DNA of 64,000 nt from Octopus sinensis (lineage: Eukaryota). Where the stretch lies: assembly GCF_006345805.1 (NCBI RefSeq), contig NC_042999.1:163804001-163868000 (forward strand), in the 5' to 3' direction. The notes below the pieces were generated by a model. The model saw only the letters and a list, made by a program, of their open reading frames with translations, had not been told where the DNA came from and did not search any database. A program made the translations under genes and the position numbers. Shown in pieces: positions 29,008-41,962 of the stretch (position 1 is the first letter of the stretch; every line of letters begins with the position of its first letter).

Positions 29008-29227
29008 TATTTCTTTATTGCCCACAGCGGGCTAAACATAGAGGGGACAAAACAGATTAAGTCGATTACATCGACCCCAGTGTGTAACTGGTACTTATTT
29101 AATCGACCCCGAAACGATAAAAGCGAAGTCGACCTCGCCAGATTTTGAACTCAGAACGTAGCGGCAGAAGAATTACCGTTAAGCATTTCGCCTGCCGTGC
29201 TAACGATTCTGCCAGTTCGCCGTCCCT
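29008..29227 (-). mobile_element. Full-length SINE family A with Tx1-type tail and 16-bp TSD
   Basis: Head ggcgaactggcagaatcgttagcac...gagttcaaaat, core tcggggtcgattaaataagtaccag, tail tgtcccctctatgtttagcccgctgtgggcaataaagaaa. TSD atgttac(g/a)ctcatatt at 28992-29007 and 29228-29243. Confidence 0.9.
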
Positions 29228-30479
29228 ATGTTACACTCATATTGTAGCCTCGTTTTTTAATCATGGTTTTTACCGTACCTCCCGGGGTACAGAATCGCTC
29301 AATCAATGTAAATAATTTCATATGTTAATCATTGAAGGTGAAATTGTCATACACAAATATACAGTATATAATGATGCAATGTATTCCAACTGCCATCATC
29401 TGCTGTTTTTCCCTCAGATATAATATGGTTAAGCTTACATCACCCAGAGTGATCGTTTTTCATTTTAAAAACAGACTGTGATAGAAAGAAGATTTCTCGA
29501 CTAGTTCTAAGTCGGTCGAACGTTCACGGTCCCTCATTGATTGGCTTGTTTCTGAGAGCAGTGCGTGTTATACTCATAAATTTAAGTTTTAATAAAATTA
29601 TCTGCTAATATCTTACAACTTTACGCGCACGCGTGTTACGCTATCATAAAACCGTTACATTCCATTTCAAGCATTAAGTGAATAAGAGACAAACATCCGC
29701 CTGGACGAAGCACCAGCCTGTCATGTATAATATTTATTTTCCGTCTATTTACTTTAGAAATAAAGACAAATAAATAAATAAAAGCCTTTTTATTTCAATT
29801 CTTTATTGTTTTATTTAACGAATTCGACCAACAGCCTTCCATGTTTTTCAATATTGTCTTTTATTACTCGCATCGCTAGCGATATTAGAATTCAGATGAG
29901 GAAAGTGTTGAACAGACTATATCGAACTTTGTTTCTGGACAGTTACAGTAAAAAAGATTCTCAAGAAGCATAAATCATTTCACTTACAAAGAGTGAGTTT
30001 TATGAAGAAAACAATCACAAAATCGATATTCTTCATTTTTGAATAGCCTGTCTGACACGTGATATAGATTTCCTGTCGCTTTATCAAGCATTATCGATGG
30101 TGGATGTCTGAATTGATAGAGTGACGAATTAAATGACAGGTAATATTTGCTTATATATTTTGATATTCCTAGTTCAATACCCAGCGAAATAGTATTTTGC
30201 CTTTCAGCTTTCAGAGTTTCATAAAATAAGTACTAAAAAAGTACTGATAGCATTTTAATCAGTTGTGCTCCTCTCTCAAAATACTTTTTGCTTTGATGAA
30301 AGTTAGAAATTCTTGAATGAGCTATTGTCTGATAGGTGACATAAATTTCCTATCCTTCGTTAAGCAAATGTTAGTGACTTGCAGAATTGATAGAGCGCTG
30401 AGCATACATTCTTTGCTTTTCAGCCATTATGTTCTGAGTTCAAGCGTCACGAAGGTCAACAATGCATTTCCTCATTTTG

Positions 30480-31345
30480 TGGTCGGGCAATAGCCGTTTG
30501 AACAATTCTTTTGTAGATCTGATATCTTGGGGTTTCTTGGTATTTGGCCATAGAGTTTAAGGGCACCATTTGTTAACGTCTCCAAAGCTCCGATGATCAG
30601 GGGGTACAGTTGTTGTTCTTAGATGCCACATTTGTATTTGTTTCATTTGTATTTAGTTAACTTTCCAAATGCTTTTACAAAAGTGTTGTAGTCTGCAGGA
30701 TTGACATATGCGTGAGCAGAAATGTTTTTTTCAATTTGTATCATAATATCTGATCTATTGGCTTGTAGAGCACTATTAGTTTAAATACTGAAGTCCAAAA
30801 TGACGGTGACATAATTCATTTTCTACTACTTTGGCAGTCTTATGTTTCCACCAGTTCATTTTATATGGAAGTCCAGAATTACGGCATACGATCCATATTT
30901 GTTGTATCAGATTCTACTTAGCATTATCTGCATTCTTATTTATATGACTACTGGCCTCAAAATATAATTGAATCTGTTCGCTATCCGGGTCAATCAACAA
31001 CTTTTTCTTTATGATGTTTCTGCGGGCATTTGTTGATTTATTACTACGTTTGGTCTATTGGTAAGGTTTTTTCTTCTTCCAGTTTAAGTATGTTCGTTCC
31101 GTATTCGATCTACTTGTTTTCTTCCCTAGTCCATTTTGGTCTTGTTTTAGCTGTACCAGATAAAGATGGTGTGCACGAAGAACAATTCTTTGGAGTTATC
31201 CTCTTCATAGAACACTTGTGTTAAGGACAGGCATCAAACCCTCAGCAAACTTTACGCCTCCAGATTGATTTGATTCTGGGGAACACAATCCTTTTTCCTT
31301 CCGGGTGTCGATCGATCAGGCATCCACTTTTTTTATTAGGTATTT
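30480..31345 (-). mobile_element. Old, internally deleted R4/Dong-like element (N-terminus joined to RLE C-terminus)
   Basis: RPKWTREENK and NARRNIIKKK (N-terminal) lie within ~300 bp of ALQANRSDIMI...PLIIGALE (C-terminal); RT is absent. Confidence 0.65.
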
Positions 31346-31359
31346 CTGATATATTTGCA

Positions 31360-32084
<725 letters not shown>

Positions 32085-32090
<6 letters not shown>

Positions 32091-34995
32091 GTTTATTGGC
32101 CACAAGGGCTGACAAAAATAATTAAAACAAAGGGACAAAACACAAGACGAAAGTTACAAAGGGTTTTGTCCGTTTGCAAAAAAAACGTGTAAAAATTCCG
32201 GAGATAACAATGAGAAAATAACAATTGAAATTCCCAATAGGGAGAGGCGCTTCGAAAGGTTACTCGTGGAAAAACCCATAAAAGCCACGGGAGCCTGGTC
32301 AAAAGGTGGGTAGAGAGCCCCTTTCTCCTTTTATAATACTTAAAAAATTTTTCTTTCATACTACAGGTGTATCCTCAGAATTGGTCCATTTATACTGGCC
32401 ATTCTTGCGACATTTACCCACCTTTCAGTAAACTTGCCATCAGACAGCACTTCCCTCTCTACCCTCACCTTCCTTTTCAAGTGAAACTTGAAAAAGTTGA
32501 TGAGGCCTTGGCCAAAGAGGAAAGTGTTTGACCGTAGCCCTTTCAAACGGGTCCACCATACCACCTCTTTCGCTACAGCCACTAGACACAGGAAAACGGC
32601 CTTTCCCTCCTTGTTAAAGGAGGTCGGCAAAGCAATCTTCACTATGGATTCAGCTGATAGCCGGATCCGTCCTATACGCGACAGTAGCTGTTCGACATAA
32701 ACCCATAGTTCAACAATACTAGGGCACTGGACGAGTGCATGCAGAACGGTTTCGTCGTCCTGGGTGCACCTCGGGCAGGCCCGGCTGACGGCACTTCCGT
32801 GCCGGTAGAATTTATCTCGAACAGGCAGAGCCCCTCGGTAGCACTGCCAGGCGAGGGACTTTTAGAAATTGTCCATTGGCCCCGGCCCGAAAGTTCTCCC
32901 AAACATACTGTTCAATTCATTATTGTCAACACCTAGAGTTTCCCCGAGAACGTCGTCGCACTTTTCTTCCACTAACCCTCTATAGAACGCTAGAGTGGAA
33001 CTACGACCGATCACATTGCCCGCTTGGTGGAGGGCGGAGAGAGCTTGACGGCACTCGAGGTGCCAAGCGCCTTTTCTCGGTCTGCGTTTGATCCAGGTTT
33101 GCAGCTCTGTCAATGAGACGAGTTGCGGAAAGTCGCGTCTGACAAAAGACGACCACACCTGTTCACCGTCTAGGAAACACTTGAAGTGCCATAGCCTGAG
33201 CGCATGTCTGCGCATCAGTAACCATGGCATACCTAGGCCTCCGTTCAGCAGCCGTTGACAGCAGATGGATCGCCTGACTAGTGGTACCTGACCCTTCTAC
33301 AAGAAGTCAAAGAGGAAGCGCACCAGCTTCGCCAACCAGCGGCTGGGACAAGGGACAACGGTCAAGCGGTAATAGATGACGGATGCGATGTACGCATTCG
33401 CCACCTCCGCTCGACCTTTCAGGGACAGCTTCCTCTCGGCCCCTTTCTGGGTGAGATTGGCCACCCTGCTCGTCATTTCTTCCCAGTTTTTATCCACCTG
33501 GAGGTCCGGACCGAACCGGACTCCGAGCAGTTTAACGGGTCAGTCTGTCCAGCGCCCTACGACGCTGCTGGACGGCATGGATTTGCCTCTTCAGGTGCCC
33601 AGTTGCAAGCCCACAGACTTTTCCGCGTTAATCTTTGCACTTGTCACCGCTTCGTACTCGTTTAGCGTCTCGCCAATCAGGTCAATGTGCCTATGGCTCG
33701 ACACTATCACGGTGACGTCGTCGGCATAAGCAGACACGCTGTTTCCATCTCCTAGATCGCGCGGGATACCCCTCAAAGCCTCCAACTTGCGCAGTAATGG
33801 CTCGAGAGTCAATACGTACAAGAGGGAGGAGAGAGGGCATCCTTGGCGAATCGAACGCGAGATGTCAAACGGTTCCGAAAGGTGACCGTTCACTCGTATC
33901 ACCGAGCAGATGTTGCTGTACAAAGCAGCTATCCACCCGCGTAAGACTGGACCGAAACCGGCTGCCTTGAGAACAGCTGCCAGGTATCGATGGTCGACCC
34001 TATCGAAGGCTTTACTCTGATCTAAATTGATCAAAGCCCCACCCGCGCCAGCGTCGTTACCCACCTTCTCTATGATGTAGCGCATGAGATGGAGATTATC
34101 GTGTATCGACCTGGTCGGCACGGCACATGTTTGCGCCTTGCCAATCAGCTTGTCCACGACAAGCGCCAATCTCTTGGCTAGCACCTTGGCTAAAATCTTC
34201 AACTCTGCATCGAGCAGAGTGATGGGTCTAAAGTTCCCTATAACGTCCCCCTTGTTTGGGCCCTTTCTCAGCAAAGCCACTACCCCTCGACAAACAAAAG
34301 CAGGAATTCTCCCGTTTTGCTGCCAGTTGCAGTAGACGTTTGCCAACAGGCCCGCAAACATGTCTGGCATTGAAGTGTAAAGCTCGTAGGGCAGACCATC
34401 CAAACCCGGCGATCTACCTCTCGTGTAGCTCTTCATCGCTTCTTCAAAGGCAGATATCGGTCTTTCGCAGCACTCCGCCTCGCTGTCCGAGAGTTGCGGT
34501 AGGCCGTCCATGTACACACCGAAGTCTGTACCGTTGTCCGTCCCATCGTTCGTCTCAAACAGTTAAGCAAAGTGCCGCTGAAACACTGCACACATCTGCT
34601 TCGGTTTGGAAACCTCTCGCCCGTTCTGGTCCACCAAAGACCGAATGGTCGCGTTGTTGCCTCGCTTCGCCTCCGCTACGCGGGCCCATCGAGCGGCCTT
34701 GGTCTCCCCCCCCCGCTTAGTGAACGTGCCTTTGCTCTGACAACGCAGCTTCGTGTTTGGCGTCGAAGTGTTGGTCGAGGGCCAACCTAACCGCCAACAC
34801 GTCGGTTGCGATGCCTGTCTCAAGAGCCTCGTGTAGTTTTCTAACTAAATCCCGCTCTCTTTTCCTATGTTCTACAGCTAGAGCCTTACTAAACCTAATC
34901 GATTCTACTCTAATTGCTCTCTTGAGAGCAAACCACCAGTTGTTGTTGATGGTTGCCCCCGTGAGCGCCCGTTTAACTAATAAACTAATCCGGTC

Positions 34996-34997
<2 letters not shown>
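32085..34997 (-). mobile_element. 5'-truncated Tx1/L1-clade LINE (RT, C-terminal CCHC, 3' UTR) embedded in (TTA)n
   Basis: RT and C-terminal motifs present; 3' end cagcccttgtggccaataaa followed by (TTA)n. The 5' truncation abuts the same triplet repeat. Confidence 0.95.
32361..34990 (-). pseudogene. Tx1-type ORF2 reverse transcriptase, frameshifted
   Basis: SPGLDGLPYELY, NFRPITLLDAELKILAK, DQSKAFDRVDH, RQGCPLS, AYADDVTV and CPRCTQDDETVLHALVQC. Confidence 0.93.
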
Positions 34998-35073
<76 letters not shown>

Positions 35074-35091
35074 ATAATAATAATAATAATA

Positions 35092-35143
<52 letters not shown>

Positions 35144-35406
35144 TATTATTATTATTATTATTATTATTCCGACGAGGTCGACTTGCCTTTTATCCTCTCG
35201 GGGTCGATAAAATACGTACCAGTTGAGCTCTAAGTCGACTTACCCCTTCAAAATTATTGGCCTGGTGTCAAAATTTGAAAGAATTTGTCATTTCTTTCTC
35301 ATTGTTGTTGTTGTTGTTGTTCTTCTTCTTCTTCTTCTTCTTCTTCCTCTCTTTCTTTTTCCTCTTCATCTTCTTCTTCTTCGTCTTCTTCTTCTTCTTC
35401 TTCTTC

Positions 35407-35458
<52 letters not shown>

Positions 35459-35664
35459 CTGAGCCCTACACGTATTTTTTCCTGCTCTCTCTATTTAGCT
35501 CTTCTTATTCCTTCTGTCGAAGAGCGCAGGCTTGAAACGTAAAAGACTTTTCCATTTTCCCAAGCGTCAAACTAATACACGTGCTTGTTATTCCTACACC
35601 TGTCTTAGTCTTTTGTTTTTCTATAAATTTGAACTCTCTCTCTTTGTATATATTATATATATGC

Positions 35665-35784
<120 letters not shown>

Positions 35785-36247
35785 TAAATGGAAAATAGAG
35801 ATTTATTTTAATTTGTCAGTGTTATTTTCATTTTTGCGTCATTTAGACGGTAGTGTATTCACCGCACCCAGTATGTGTATGTATATATATATATAAGTTC
35901 AGCAAAATTTAGATTCAAATGAATATGGTACTTAAGTTAGATGCACCAGAATTTTGTATGGTGTTTTCTATAAATAGAAAATTTTTTTTGTCTTCTTTCA
36001 ACTGATCATTCTTCCCAACTTTCTAGCAGTTCAAAACAACTGAATATTCTGAATATTCTTCAGTCAGTTGCTAAACTCTACTACCTGAATGTTCTTAAAA
36101 TTTAAATCGACATCTTTGTCTATATATCTACCTTCTCTATAATGTTATCAATTGATATGAAAATTATGTATTAATGGAAAACCTCTATTAATGGCTGATG
36201 ATTGCTCATCATTTTAAAACTGTTGTAATGCTTACAATATTTAATAA

Positions 36248-36635
36248 GAGTGGAGGCACAATGGCCCAGTGGTTAGGGCAGCGGACTCGCGGTCATAGGA
36301 TCGCGGTTTCGATTCCCAGACCGGGTGTTGTGAGTGTTTATTGAGCGAAAACACCTAAAGCTCCACGAGGCTCCGGCAGGGGATGGTGGTGATCCCTGCT
36401 GTACTCTTTCACCACAACTTTCTCTCACTCTTACTTCCTGTTTCTGTTGTACCTGTATTTCAAAGGGCCGGCCTTGTCACTCTCTGTGTCACGCTGAATA
36501 TCCCCGAGAACTACGTTAAGGGTACACGTGTCTGTGGAGTGCTCAGCTACTTACACGTTAATTTCACGAGCAGGCTGTTCCGTTGATTCGGATCAACCGG
36601 AACCCTCGTCGTCGTAACCGACGGAGTGCTTCCAC
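36248..36635 (+). mobile_element. Full-length tRNA-derived SINE with 9-bp TSD
   Basis: A box TGGCCCAGTGG and B box GTTTCGATTCC. TSD atttaataa at 36239-36247 and 36636-36644. Confidence 0.9.
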
Positions 36636-36691
36636 ATTTAATAAAATGATGTAGCGTGAAACTATCGTACCAAATTATTCTTGTTGCTTAT

Positions 36692-36743
<52 letters not shown>

Positions 36744-36999
36744 TTTAACGTAGCAAGACCTTCTCTTTGCTTATGTTGGATCGAGGGTGTGCCCCCTGAC
36801 ATATGTTAATTTATTTACATAATATTAATAATCTCTATAACTGTTTTCGATTCAAACTCAAAAACCCATAAAAACCTATAAAAATTCATATTTTGGAAAT
36901 ATTTTGAGTAAAAATCTCACCAGGGTAAATCAGGAAAATAATTACATATTAGAAGTTTGAGATCCTTAAACAGAATATATATATATATATAGCTAGAGA

Positions 37000-37097
<98 letters not shown>

Positions 37098-37521
37098 AAA
37101 GTGATAGGAGAGAGAGAGTTAGTTCCATATCTTGGTAGTTGTTGGCCAGTGTTACCTTACAATGGCACCCTCCACGATTTGAAACGAACAGAAAAGAAGT
37201 TTTGGATTGGGACTTCTAGATCAAACAGTTATTATCAATGATTTGACTTGGGTTCGTCCTTATTCTTGGTAGAATTTATGTGGGTAGCAGGTCACTAATT
37301 CTAACCATTGGTATCCGCAAGCTTTCAACAGTCTTCCAAGCGCTTAAGAACCCTCCTGATAATCTTTCCTGTTTCTAAGAGGCAAAGTTTCTAAGACGCT
37401 CTGCAGGACATTCTAGTCCAATCTCCTTCAACCATTTGTCTACTTACAGTTCTCAATCCACCAATTATTACAGGCACAACCTTTACAGTTTTCATACTCC
37501 AAATTCTTGCATATTGTTACT

Positions 37522-38038
37522 GAGTGAGAGAGCAGTGAATGACATCGAAGTGACACAGGGGTAAAATATACGAAGCCCAGTACATCCATCAAGACTACCT
37601 GTCTGATAAGAGTACACCAGGTATATGCATCGCAACTATATGTGCGTGACATGGTGATCTCATATCAAGATAAACAGCGCATGACCTTACAGATGGGGCC
37701 CAGTTAGAATTTTCTTCAGGTCGAATAATCCATCCGCTCAAAAGGTTCTTGAATAAGGGTTGTTTAACGATGTTGAACGAAACACCCATGTTTCCAGAGG
37801 TGAATTATTAGAACTCCAAAGAATCCCTCTCAACACATGGCTGTGATGCCCCACCACACTGCTTCTGCTCGTGATCAGAGATGCACATCTCATCAGCCAC
37901 TAAGGGACATGCTCAACTGGTTAAGGTCAAACAAATCTGTTGTATTGGGCACAAGACAAAACATTGTACATGATAACACTTCCAATCAGTTAAGAGGAGA
38001 AGACGAGAACCTGTGCTTGGTACTGCATCAGGGCATTT
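37522..38038. mobile_element. ~520-560-bp non-coding dispersed element, copy A
   Basis: Same two ends (gagtgagagagcag...gcatcagggcattt) as 46695-47253; abuts (TTC)n. Confidence 0.8.
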
Positions 38039-38232
38039 CTTCTTCTTCTTCTTCTTCTTCTTCTTCTTCTTCTTCTTCTTCTTCTTCTTCTTCTTCTTCT
38101 TCTTCTTCTTCTTCTTCTTCTTCTTCTTCTTCTTCTTCTTCTTCTTCTTCTTCTTCTTCTTCTTCTTCTTCTTCTTCTTCTTCTTCTTCTTCTTCTTCTT
38201 CTTCTTCTTCTTCTTCTTCTTCTTCTTCTTCT
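38036..38232. repeat. Pure (TTC)n microsatellite
   Basis: Direct sequence inspection. Confidence 0.97.
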
Positions 38233-39465
38233 ATTGAAGGTTGGTGGTGGTGGTGGGGGGAGTATCGATAATAGTAGAAATGCCACTGGGATTTACTTGG
38301 TCGTTCTTTCGTACAAGTAATATACTGAATTGATTCGAGCTACTATATTCCATCTTAAGAAATTGACTGTATCAAAAGAAATAACTTGTATTACATTGTC
38401 GTATCATCAAAAACGTTCGCTTGTCTTATATTTCCGGCAATAATCATTAATCTAATCTATGGCTTTCTTTTAACTGCAGTGTAGTTAGAAAAAAGATTTT
38501 GAAAATATATTTTAGTTGCAAGAAACTTTAAAAATACAACTGAGCATAATCGTGTTCTGATCTACTGGGAATAACAAATGGGCTCTGACGGATAAAGTTG
38601 ACTCGAAAAAAGAGTTACGACTTAACTCTAAACAATTTCAGGTAGGAATCGGAACAATTTTGCAGGATTTCGCTTTGATAACTTCTAGTTTAATGCATTC
38701 TACTTTAATACATTCAAGATATTTGTGTCAAAAATAGGAAGTATTTGTTGTGAACCATCAAACGTATTTTAATCACATTCAACCAATGTTGCTATAATCG
38801 TTATGTTTGCATTTGCAGCTTCTTGATTAAATTAAATCCTGTCTTTCAATTATTTGTCTCCTACGACAAGCGACGTGTTGGCGCACGTTTCAATTAGGGC
38901 AACTATCTTCGTGCAGCGACTTTTAAAAATATGCGATGCACTTAATCATCTAAATGACTTCCATTTCTAAATCGTAACTTCTGGATATAGTTCAACTTCC
39001 GTTTCAGTGCTTTTATCGATTTATGCATACATATACAATGCACACCCAGCGCTTATTAAAAAATTGAAATAAAGTTCATGTAATTATACAAGTGGTCCTT
39101 CTTTAGGCACAACTATTACTAGGAAGATAATCATTTCGTGGTATGAAGTAGAATTAGAAATTTGAAACTGTAATTAAAATTAAAGAATTACAAGGCAAAA
39201 GAAGCATAAAATTCAATTATTTCATGTTATGTTTATTTTATAATGCGGTTTCTGTATATGTAACCTTAGTATACAGTGTGATATATAGTACCACGGAACA
39301 GGGTAGACACCAACTCTCTCCACTTGATGTATTCCCAAATACCAACAACTGTAACCAATCCAAAACAACTCTCAATGAATTATAACAACTTCTCAACAAT
39401 TTCCTGAAACTCCACGATCTTACGAACGACCTCTTTCGACTTCCTACGATTTCTCATCTCTCTTT

Positions 39466-40805
39466 CTTTTATTGGCCACACAGGGCCTAACACAGAGGGG
39501 ACAGCACATGGTGGGGACAGAAAAAAGGATGAATTAGATAAGATGATAAATGAAATGAAGCCGTTCGGCCCCACCACCAAGCGACTTCATTGGACCTGTT
39601 AATAAAGCTTCTTTTTTAAAACATTATTTGTAACAGTTAACTTTCATCTTTCCGAAGGATGTCTATGTTAAATTTCTTTAAAAGTTCAAGATAGCTTACC
39701 CGTTCTGGTATTGTGCTGGTGTCCATTTTCTTGACCCACCACTCAAAGTCTCCCTCATAATCCTTTACTCTCGAAAGATACTCTGGGTCTACCACCGCAC
39801 AATAAAAGTACTCGGGCAATCTCCTAACTTCTGTTATATTCGCCTTTATCGCTCTGTCTCACGAGTTTATCTCTTTATAAAATTTTTCATTTTGTCCGTT
39901 GTACAGTATAACATTTTTTCTTACAGGGCAAAGATGGGGAAGTTTGGGGCTCCTGTGTGCTTGTGCTTCTCTTTGTGTCAAGTGGGACATGGAGAAGGTT
40001 GGTGTCTGTAGGGGGAGGTTACGGTAAAGTGGGTGTGGGTGGGAGTCAGGTGGGTGTGGAGTGAGGGTCATCATTTACAAAATGTACATTTTCCCTTCTC
40101 TTCTTTTTCTTCCTGCCGTTTCCCTTCCGTTCTTTTCCTTGTTCACCTCCTCTTCCTCGGCGCTGGTACTGGTTTTCGTCGGTGGTGAAGTCGCGATTTC
40201 CTTCCTGCTGTCGGGTTTCTCTTTAGTCTTCACGGGTGGTGGAGGACAGACCGCTCTAATGTGTCCTTTCGCGAGATCCTGCCTTTTACTCTGACTTTGA
40301 GCGTCATCTCTTTGACCGTGATGGTCTCGACCATATTTTCAAGGTCTCCGGGGACGCCTGGATAATCATATCTTATATGTCAAGGTATACAGGTAGAAGC
40401 ATCACTTCATTTATTTTTAAGGGTACTGCCGAGTACATCCTAGCAGTAGCTACCTCCTGGAACTGCACATCCACCGTTCCAATTTTATTCCTCTGGCAAG
40501 GTAAGAAATCCCTTGCCAGATTGGTTTTAATGCCTTTTCGGCTTGAACGGTCGACATGATTTTAATTTTCCTTGTTGTTGCTGAGTACGTCCTGTAAATA
40601 ATGGTTGGTGGGGGGAACACTTTTACGTCGTTCCCCTCTCTTTTAAGTATTTCTTTGAATCTACACGTCTTCGTTTTTCTCTTTCACCGTCTCTGCATAA
40701 TTCTTCACCTCCATTTCTTTGTCTATTCTCTCCAGACGTTTCTCCAGTTCTTCCTCAGACGACGTAAAGTCTGAAGAATAAGAACTCAATTGTTATCGCC
40801 ATATT
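39466..40805 (-). mobile_element. ORF1-only Tx1-related non-autonomous element (decayed)
   Basis: KEILKREGN...TIIYR and KIGTVDVQFQEVATARMYSAVPL align with ORF1 at 2.0-2.3 kb. Half knuckle KGHIRAVCP; stop at 39637; then a Tx1-type 3' end gccctgtgtggccaataaa with no ORF2. Confidence 0.7.
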
Positions 40806-40954
40806 AATATGGCATTCTTATAGATATAAGAATAATCGCTGCCATGGTCAGCTCCATGAGGCCACCACCATCAAGATACCTATTGATACACGATCTGTAT
40901 CCATTATAACCTTCGAACAAGGGAGGTCAGCCGCTTCACACTGCCAGTCCGACA

Positions 40955-40996
40955 GCTACAGACGCGTTTCGGGGTATTGCCCCTTGTCAATGTAGC
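40955..40996 (-). ncRNA. Minimal type I hammerhead ribozyme with U3-A8 core variant
   Basis: GCUACA-UUGACAA-GGGG caaua CCCC-GAAA-CGCGUC-UGUAGC: 6-bp stem I, 4-bp stem II, palindromic ACGCGU stem III, GUC triplet. Confidence 0.85.
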
Positions 40997-41279
40997 GCAG
41001 TCAGACCCGCAGGTGTCGCCACTGACGTCTCTGTTCGAAGGCTTATATTTACCTAGTTTCAGTGGAATACATCCACTTGTTTTCAATAATAGAAATATTA
41101 AAATTACTAAGTCTCTATAAAAGAGATTAGCGCATTTTATAGAGACTTAGTAATTTTAATATTTCTATTATTGAAAACAAGTGGATGTATTCCACTGAAA
41201 CTAGGTAAATATAAGCCTTCGAATAGAGACGTCAGTGGCGACACCTGCGGGTCTGACTGCGCTACATTGACAAGGGGCA
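40978..41279. repeat. Near-perfect inverted repeat (145-bp arms, 12-nt spacer), pLTR-like
   Basis: Arms 40978-41122 and 41135-41279; one mismatch seen. Confidence 0.95.
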
Positions 41280-41572
41280 GCAGCAGCAGCAACAACAATA
41301 TAAATTAATAGTTTCAAATTTTGCCACCGGGCAACAATATTTTGGGAAGAAATGAGTCGATTAAAAAACTCGTGTGTTCAACTGGTACTTATTTTATCGA
41401 CCCCGAGAGGATGAAAAGTAAAGTTGACCTCAGCAGAATTTGAACTTAGAACGTAAAGATGGGCGAAGTACTGTTAAGCATTCTGCCCAGCGTGCTCACG
41501 ATTCTGCCAACTCGCCGTCTTAATAATAATGATAATAATAATAACAACAACAATAATGATGACGATGATGAC

Positions 41573-41637
<65 letters not shown>

Positions 41638-41880
41638 CGACGACACCGACGCCGACGATGATGATGAAAAGGAGGACGATGACAATGATAACGATTATGA
41701 TAATATGATGATGACAACAACAACAACAACAACAATATCCTCATCATCAACGATAACAGCAACACATATATTTCATAGCTTTGTTTCTCTTGTTTTCTGC
41801 CTGATATTGATAAGCTTTTATCCAATCTGCGCAACTAATAATTCTGACTTACTTTTTATCGAGATTTTGTGTCTTCTTCT

Positions 41881-41962
<82 letters not shown>

